Of a DNA stretch of 64,000 bases, positions 59,746-64,000 are shown in pieces. A model generated the notes under the pieces. It was given only the letters and a program-made list of their open reading frames with translations. It was not told where the DNA came from and ran no database searches. Positions within the stretch are counted from its first letter, which is position 1. Each line of letters begins with the position of its first letter. The stretch lies in the NCBI GenBank assembly GCA_965215305.1, contig OZ244041.1, forward strand, positions 1,257,689-1,321,688, written 5' to 3'. A program made the translations under genes and the position numbers. Source of the stretch: Alphaproteobacteria bacterium (GTDB taxonomy: Bacteria > Pseudomonadota > Alphaproteobacteria > Bin95).

Positions 59746-60633
59746 TCAAACCACCTCAAAGCCATTAACTCCCCGCCTCAGAACATCGACTCGGAGTTTG
59801 TGGCGCAACACGCCCAAGTGTTTATGCCAAGCCTCTTCGCGTCTTGGTTTGCCATCATCGAAGATAATTAATCTAAGCCTGTCGTCAATACCGAGCGGGC
59901 TGCTTGGCTCTGCAGCCGCAAGAATCAGAGGGTCAAGATGAGGCAGTGCTGTTAATCTGGAAGCCATTATATGGAAGTTCCTGATAATCCCACAAGTCTG
60001 CCTGTAAGCTTCAACAATCCTCTGTCGCCGCTCTCGGCTGTCGAGATATACTCGATATCTATCTATTTGACCGAGAACTTTCGGCTGCTGAATACTTGAG
60101 CGCAATCGACTATCTGAAATCATCTTTGCTTCCGAAAATGCAAGTCGAAGATCATCCGCATTTCCCTCTAAAGAAACAATATCTATGCGCAAAGAATTTT
60201 TCCCACCATCGTAAGCAGGCAAACCCATCTCTAGGTCAATTATAGTCGGTGTTTCGTCAATCAACGTATCGATATTTCGTTTTTCTTCATTGGTGTAGTT
60301 TGATGACCTGTTGATCCAAGCATCAAGCGTTTGCAGATCGTTATATTTCATTTTGTTATCACCGGTAGAATTTCCTTCCATGTCAAATGTAATGTATCCC
60401 TTTTCATCTCTAGGTGAATCGATCACGTATTTCTTGTGAATACGAAGAGCCAGTTTTCGATCTCTCCGATTATAAGTAATCTTTGCAATGGATTGGCCCT
60501 TTACATAGAAACTCATATAACCATTGCGGATCGCAATCCGCAGCATACCAGTACTACCGCTTGGTGCCCAATTCGCAAGTAGATCTGGCAGCCAACCTGT
60601 TTTTTCTGAAACTAGTTTACCGGCGACCTTCAT
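59746..60633 (-). CDS. hypothetical protein, low-GC orphan (about 295 aa)
   Basis: A long open frame in a very AT-rich stretch is unlikely by chance. No recognisable motif. Confidence 0.45.
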   Translation of the reverse strand: MKVAGKLVSEKTGWLPDLLANWAPSGSTGMLRIAIRNGYMSFYVKGQSIAKITYNRRDRKLALRIHKKYVIDSPRDEKGYITFDMEGNSTGDNKMKYNDLQTLDAWINRSSNYTNEEKRNIDTLIDETPTIIDLEMGLPAYDGGKNSLRIDIVSLEGNADDLRLAFSEAKMISDSRLRSSIQQPKVLGQIDRYRVYLDSRERRQRIVEAYRQTCGIIRNFHIMASRLTALPHLDPLILAAAEPSSPLGIDDRLRLIIFDDGKPRREEAWHKHLGVLRHKLRVDVLRRGVNGFEVV

Positions 60634-60705
60634 TGCTTCGTCTGATAGTGCTCTGCCAAATGGACACACGAGAGCTGCCTTTCTTTAGAAGGTGAGCAGG
60701 AGATT

Positions 60706-61770
60706 TTAAACCTCCCACCATTCGCCGTCCACCCTCGGGACGACATTGTCGAAGAATTCCGGGTAGCGGCCGGTCTCGAAGGAATGTATCGGCACCAGCG
60801 CGCGAGGGGCAAGGGCGGCGGCGAAGCGTTGCAGGTCGGCGGCCGAGGCGTGGCCGGAGGTATGGAGGACCTGCCATTCGATGCCGTGTCGGTCGAGCCA
60901 GTCCAGCACCGGGCGGGAGGAGTCCTCCTTCAGATAGCCCTGCCACATCGAGTAGCTGAAGCGCGCGCCCTCCAGCGCCGAGCGGACGCCACTGTCGGGC
61001 CTCGCCGTCGGGCGGAACAGCATGACGGCGCGCGCGGCGAGGCCGGGCAGGTCTTCCGGATAGACGCGGTTCCTGCTGTGCCGTTTGAGGTCCTTGAACA
61101 GCCCGTGTTCCTTGATGAATACCCGCTGGCGCTGCGGAATGTAGACCTTCACCTCCGGCCAGTGCGACTGCGGAACGCGGTCGCGCCCGGTCGCTTCCAG
61201 AACCACCGCCGTATAGAGGTCGATCAGCAGCACCCGGCCCGACTGCTTGGCCGCGCGGAAGATCGTGACGATCCGGTCGATGTTCTGCGAGGAGGTCCAG
61301 ACGAAGTGCATGCCCTCCGTCTGCCGAAAGGCCTCGATGAACCGTTCTTCGAGATCCGTCTCGGTCTCGAAGCCCTCCGCCGTTCCCGTTCGCCCGAGCG
61401 TCGTGCCCTCCATCAACAGCGCGTCGATATCCCCGGGCGGGTTGCGGACCAGCCGTTCGAACAGCGGCCTCTTGCGGCCGTGGGCGCGGAAGTCGCCGGA
61501 ATAGAAGACCCGCCTGCCATCCGCCTCGACCATGAGCGCATAGGCATCGAAGGCGCTGTGGTCGACCAGCCAGGGCATGATGCGAAACGGCCCGATCTCG
61601 AACGGCCGCCGGTCGACGAGGAAATGCGGGGCGGCGAAGGCAAAGCCCTTCGGAATCCAGGGACGGGCAGCTTTCAGGATGTTGTGCGCGGCCTCGCCGA
61701 TCCAAACCGGCACCTCCGGGCGGATATGTGCGGCGAGGCCGTAATGGTCCATATGGCCGTGCGAGATCAT
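60706..61770 (-). CDS. MBL-fold metallo-hydrolase (beta-CASP-like), N-terminus possibly truncated
   Basis: HGHMDHYG (HxHxDH) occurs only about 28 residues from the first possible start. C-terminal SGHA-type motif. Confidence 0.65.
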   Translation of the reverse strand: MISHGHMDHYGLAAHIRPEVPVWIGEAAHNILKAARPWIPKGFAFAAPHFLVDRRPFEIGPFRIMPWLVDHSAFDAYALMVEADGRRVFYSGDFRAHGRKRPLFERLVRNPPGDIDALLMEGTTLGRTGTAEGFETETDLEERFIEAFRQTEGMHFVWTSSQNIDRIVTIFRAAKQSGRVLLIDLYTAVVLEATGRDRVPQSHWPEVKVYIPQRQRVFIKEHGLFKDLKRHSRNRVYPEDLPGLAARAVMLFRPTARPDSGVRSALEGARFSYSMWQGYLKEDSSRPVLDWLDRHGIEWQVLHTSGHASAADLQRFAAALAPRALVPIHSFETGRYPEFFDNVVPRVDGEWWEV

Positions 61771-61994
61771 GACGCCGAGCAGGCTGTCGTCGCGCTCCCG
61801 CAAGCCCGGACGGTCGTGCGCACCGCCCGGCCGTTCACGGTCCCGTGCCACACGAAACTGCGATGACCGGAAGGACGGACCCGCACGCCCAGCCCGGCAA
61901 CGCGAATGTCCCTGACGATATATTCCGTCCCGCCCGGCTTCATTCTTGCGACGCCTGCATCCGTCAGGCGGACCTTCCTCGCCCTGCCGGTCAT
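61767..61994 (-). pseudogene. integrase N-terminal arm-binding (DUF4102-type) domain fragment
   Basis: LTDAGVARMKPGGTEYIVRDIRVAGLGVRVRPSGHRSFVWHGTVNGRAVRTTV matches P4-type integrase arm domains. It runs into the MBL gene with no catalytic domain. Confidence 0.5.
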
Positions 61995-63118
61995 GACTGC
62001 GCCCCCGAGAGCAGGGGCGACAGGGCCTCGACCGTCTCCCGGACCGTCGCGTCGGAGAGATGCGCGTATTTCAGCGTGGTCGCCGCATTGTCATGGCCCA
62101 GCAACCGTCCCACCGTGCGGATCGTCTCGCCGCTCGACAGCGCTATGCTGGCGAAGCTGTGGCGCGTGTCATGAAGGCGCATGCCCTCCAGACCAGCCTC
62201 GGCGCGTATCTGTTTCCAGAAGGCATCCAGCCAGTTCCAGGGTGCCCTCAAGCCTCCGACGGGAAAGACGACTCGCGAGGACCGCGGCAGCCGGTCAAGA
62301 ACTTCCCGCGCTGCTCGGCACAGCCACACCGTGCGCGGTCCCGTCTTGCTGTCTTCGAGGAACAGGCGGCCGTCGCGGTAGAAGCGCCATTCCAGGGTGA
62401 CGATCTCCGATTTGCGGCAGCCGGTCAGCAATAGCAGGCGCAAGGCCGCGACCTGGAAGGGCTGCCGGGCCTCATGCCGGTCCAGAACCATGCCGAGGCG
62501 GCGATACTCCTCCGGGGACAGGAAGCGCTCGCGCCGCTTCTGCCGGTAGCGCCTGATGCCCTTGCAGGGATTGCCCCCTTCAGGGCGAAGGCCCCAAGCT
62601 TCGGCCTGCTGCATGATGACGGACAGGATCGGCGCCGAACGGTTCGCCGCCGCCGGCGTGGCATGGAGCGAGCGAAACCAGCGCTGCACTTCATCGCGGT
62701 CGATCTCCGCAATCGGCTTGCCCGCGAAACAGGGCAGGATATTGCCATGAAGATAGCTGCGGTTGACCGCGAGCGTGCGCGGCTTCCAGCGCCTGCCATA
62801 GCGCGTGAAGACTTCTTCGGCCACGGTCTCGAACAGGGCATTGCCGGACGCTTCCACTTCAATGTCCCTGTCGTCGCGCAGTGCGGCCAGCATGGACCGG
62901 GCGCAGGCGCGCGCCTCGGCCTCGGTCATGACCGCCGCGTCGCCGACGATCTTCCAGAACCGATGGCCCCGGTGCTGGCTGTGGATGAAATACCGCTTCG
63001 TGCCCGAGGGCGTGATGCGGACGCCGTATCCCTTCAGTTCGGCGTCCCGCACATTACGGACGGTCTTGCGGGGCCGGAGGGTATCGACCCGGCGTTGGGT
63101 GAGGCGAATGGCTGCCAT
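61991..63118 (-). CDS. tyrosine-type site-specific recombinase/integrase (P4-like, with own arm domain)
   Basis: 376 aa from MAAIRLTQRRVDTLRPRK. Catalytic R...HxxR...Y region (LHDTRHSFAS...LGHDNAATTLKYAHL). Confidence 0.9.
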   Translation of the reverse strand: MAAIRLTQRRVDTLRPRKTVRNVRDAELKGYGVRITPSGTKRYFIHSQHRGHRFWKIVGDAAVMTEAEARACARSMLAALRDDRDIEVEASGNALFETVAEEVFTRYGRRWKPRTLAVNRSYLHGNILPCFAGKPIAEIDRDEVQRWFRSLHATPAAANRSAPILSVIMQQAEAWGLRPEGGNPCKGIRRYRQKRRERFLSPEEYRRLGMVLDRHEARQPFQVAALRLLLLTGCRKSEIVTLEWRFYRDGRLFLEDSKTGPRTVWLCRAAREVLDRLPRSSRVVFPVGGLRAPWNWLDAFWKQIRAEAGLEGMRLHDTRHSFASIALSSGETIRTVGRLLGHDNAATTLKYAHLSDATVRETVEALSPLLSGAQS

Positions 63119-63669
63119 GATTGCGGTTCCCCGATCCTTTGCACTGGTGTGCAAAACCGGGTTCGGTCTCGCGCCCGGTTGCACCGGAAACGGGGAAAAT
63201 CCACAATCATATCAGACAGTTAGCACCGGAGGTGCGCGCCCCTGTGTATGCGCAGTCTCATGTCGGCGCTCCTTCGCTCGATACACTGTCTATTTCAGTT
63301 CGGAGGCCGAGAAGTTTACCGGATCGGGCACGGCGTTCTGCCTCCCCCTTCAGTCCAGCAGCGCTTCGCCCGGCCGGATGCGGATGAAGGCGACGGGTTC
63401 GGAGGCAGCCGCGAGCGCGCCGTCGGCAAGGCGCACTGCGGTGTAGCGCGTGGCGGCGAGGTTGCCCGTCTCCGGGAAGTCCTCGCGGGCGCAGGCTGTC
63501 GCGGTAGCAGCGCGCGAGACCGTCACCAGGCTGTCCAGGTTCAGCCGGTCGTGCCAGGCGAGGTTGCAGGCGGCGCTGCTGGAGTAGGGGCGGGCCGACA
63601 TCGGGCGCCAGGCGCTTGCCCCGGCCCCGCCTGCTCGGGGACGCCCGGCAGGGCGGGCTGCGGTGTCCG

Positions 63670-64000
63670 CTATTCGACGGTGATGGTAATCACCGCCGAC
63701 ATTACGGGCGGGGTGTGCGGGACATGATTGTGGTCGCCCAGCACCAGCTGCAGCGTGTGCGCGCCGGGCGCCAGTTCCACGCTGGCCTCGGTCTGGCCAC
63801 CGCCGAAATGCCGGTGGTTGTCGTCAGTCGTCACGCTGAAGAGCAGCTCTTCCTCACCGTCCTCGCCCTGGCCCATCGGCGGACGGTCGATCAGCAGGTG
63901 GTGGTGGCCAGTGCCTTCTTTTTCGATACCGGCCGGCGCCACGCCCATGCCCGACAGGCCGAAGACGACCTTCACCGGGCTCGACACGGCGTCGCCGTCG
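63670..64000 (-). CDS. DUF4399-like protein (GTGHHHL motif), 5' end beyond window
   Basis: SSPVKVVFGLSGMGVAPAG...GTGHHHLLID...HTLQLVLGDHNH. Start probably lies upstream of the window edge. Confidence 0.45.
   Translation of the reverse strand, partial: DGDAVSSPVKVVFGLSGMGVAPAGIEKEGTGHHHLLIDRPPMGQGEDGEEELLFSVTTDDNHRHFGGGQTEASVELAPGAHTLQLVLGDHNHVPHTPPVMSAVITITVE

Larger units (their letters stand above)
59726..63350. mobile_element. integrase-bounded genomic islet (low-GC orphan gene, MBL-fold/beta-CASP-like gene, integrase arm-domain fragment, intact P4-type integrase); attachment site not identified
   Basis: GC drop at 59.73-60.7 kb. Tyrosine recombinase at the right end. Tandem integrase remnant suggests serial integration or deletion. 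Confidence 0.5.

Noticed and set aside
63119-63349. Searched for a tRNA/tmRNA 3' end or att direct repeat next to the P4-type integrase
   Set aside because: No cloverleaf or GGTTCGAATCC-type T-arm on either strand. Only short hairpins (TTGCAC-TGGT-GTGCAA; CCGGG-N12-CCCGG). No convincing direct repeat with the left boundary at about 59.73 kb.
63350-63601. 83-aa minus-strand ORF (ends ...VAFIRIRPGEALLD)
   Set aside because: No recognisable motif, no RBS context examined, and it lies in a region where GC-driven spurious ORFs are common. Too weak to call.

Overview
This 64-kb window is high-GC (about 65-70%) chromosomal DNA that looks alphaproteobacterial, probably Rhizobiales-like. I cannot fix the taxonomy from sequence alone. 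Most of it is core or housekeeping genes. These include a CaiB-type CoA-transferase/HMG-CoA-lyase pair, four LLM-class flavin oxidoreductases and a ThDP-dependent enzyme. There is a LivKHMGF-type ABC transporter, a CoxMSL-type molybdenum hydroxylase and two GSTs. Further along come groES-groEL with a CIRCE operator, tRNA-Pro(TGG), a sitABCD-like Mn/Fe ABC transporter, an MDR oxidoreductase, an HDAC-family gene and an MFS transporter. The ubiB-ubiE block (overlapping coaBC-dut and ubiB-ubiE genes), mutM, a dimethylglycine-dehydrogenase-family gene and a large (about 1600 aa) NAD-glutamate dehydrogenase follow. A tightly packed dnaB-alr-mlaEF-radA-cvpA-purF block lies further on.

Four things stand out.
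1. An AhpD/carboxymuconolactone-decarboxylase-family gene carries an in-frame TGA exactly at the second Cys of the CxxCxxxH redox motif (CVY-U-TTSH). It has a SECIS-like hairpin 18 nt downstream. This is a probable selenoprotein that an ORF caller splits into two pieces.
2. A 2.2-kb low-GC islet sits between the otherwise syntenic ubiE and mutM genes. It carries a translationally coupled pair: a 513-aa ABC/AAA_21-type ATPase and a 157-aa putative PD-(D/E)xK/VRR-NUC-like nuclease. I regard this as a candidate two-gene anti-phage defense module of the ATPase+nuclease class (Septu/AbiL/OLD-like logic) that I cannot assign to a named system.
3. An integrase-bounded island lies at the 3' end. It holds a P4-type integrase, a tandem integrase arm-domain fragment, a beta-CASP-like MBL-fold protein and a low-GC orphan gene. 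No tRNA or att repeat is visible in the window.
4. A lipoprotein combines a metzincin HExxHxxGxxH motif with a TbpB/fHbp-like C-terminal barrel.

I also note a decayed RelE/ParE toxin-antitoxin remnant, a PIN-like DUF5615 fragment at the window start, and a shared ~30-nt motif in two intergenic regions.
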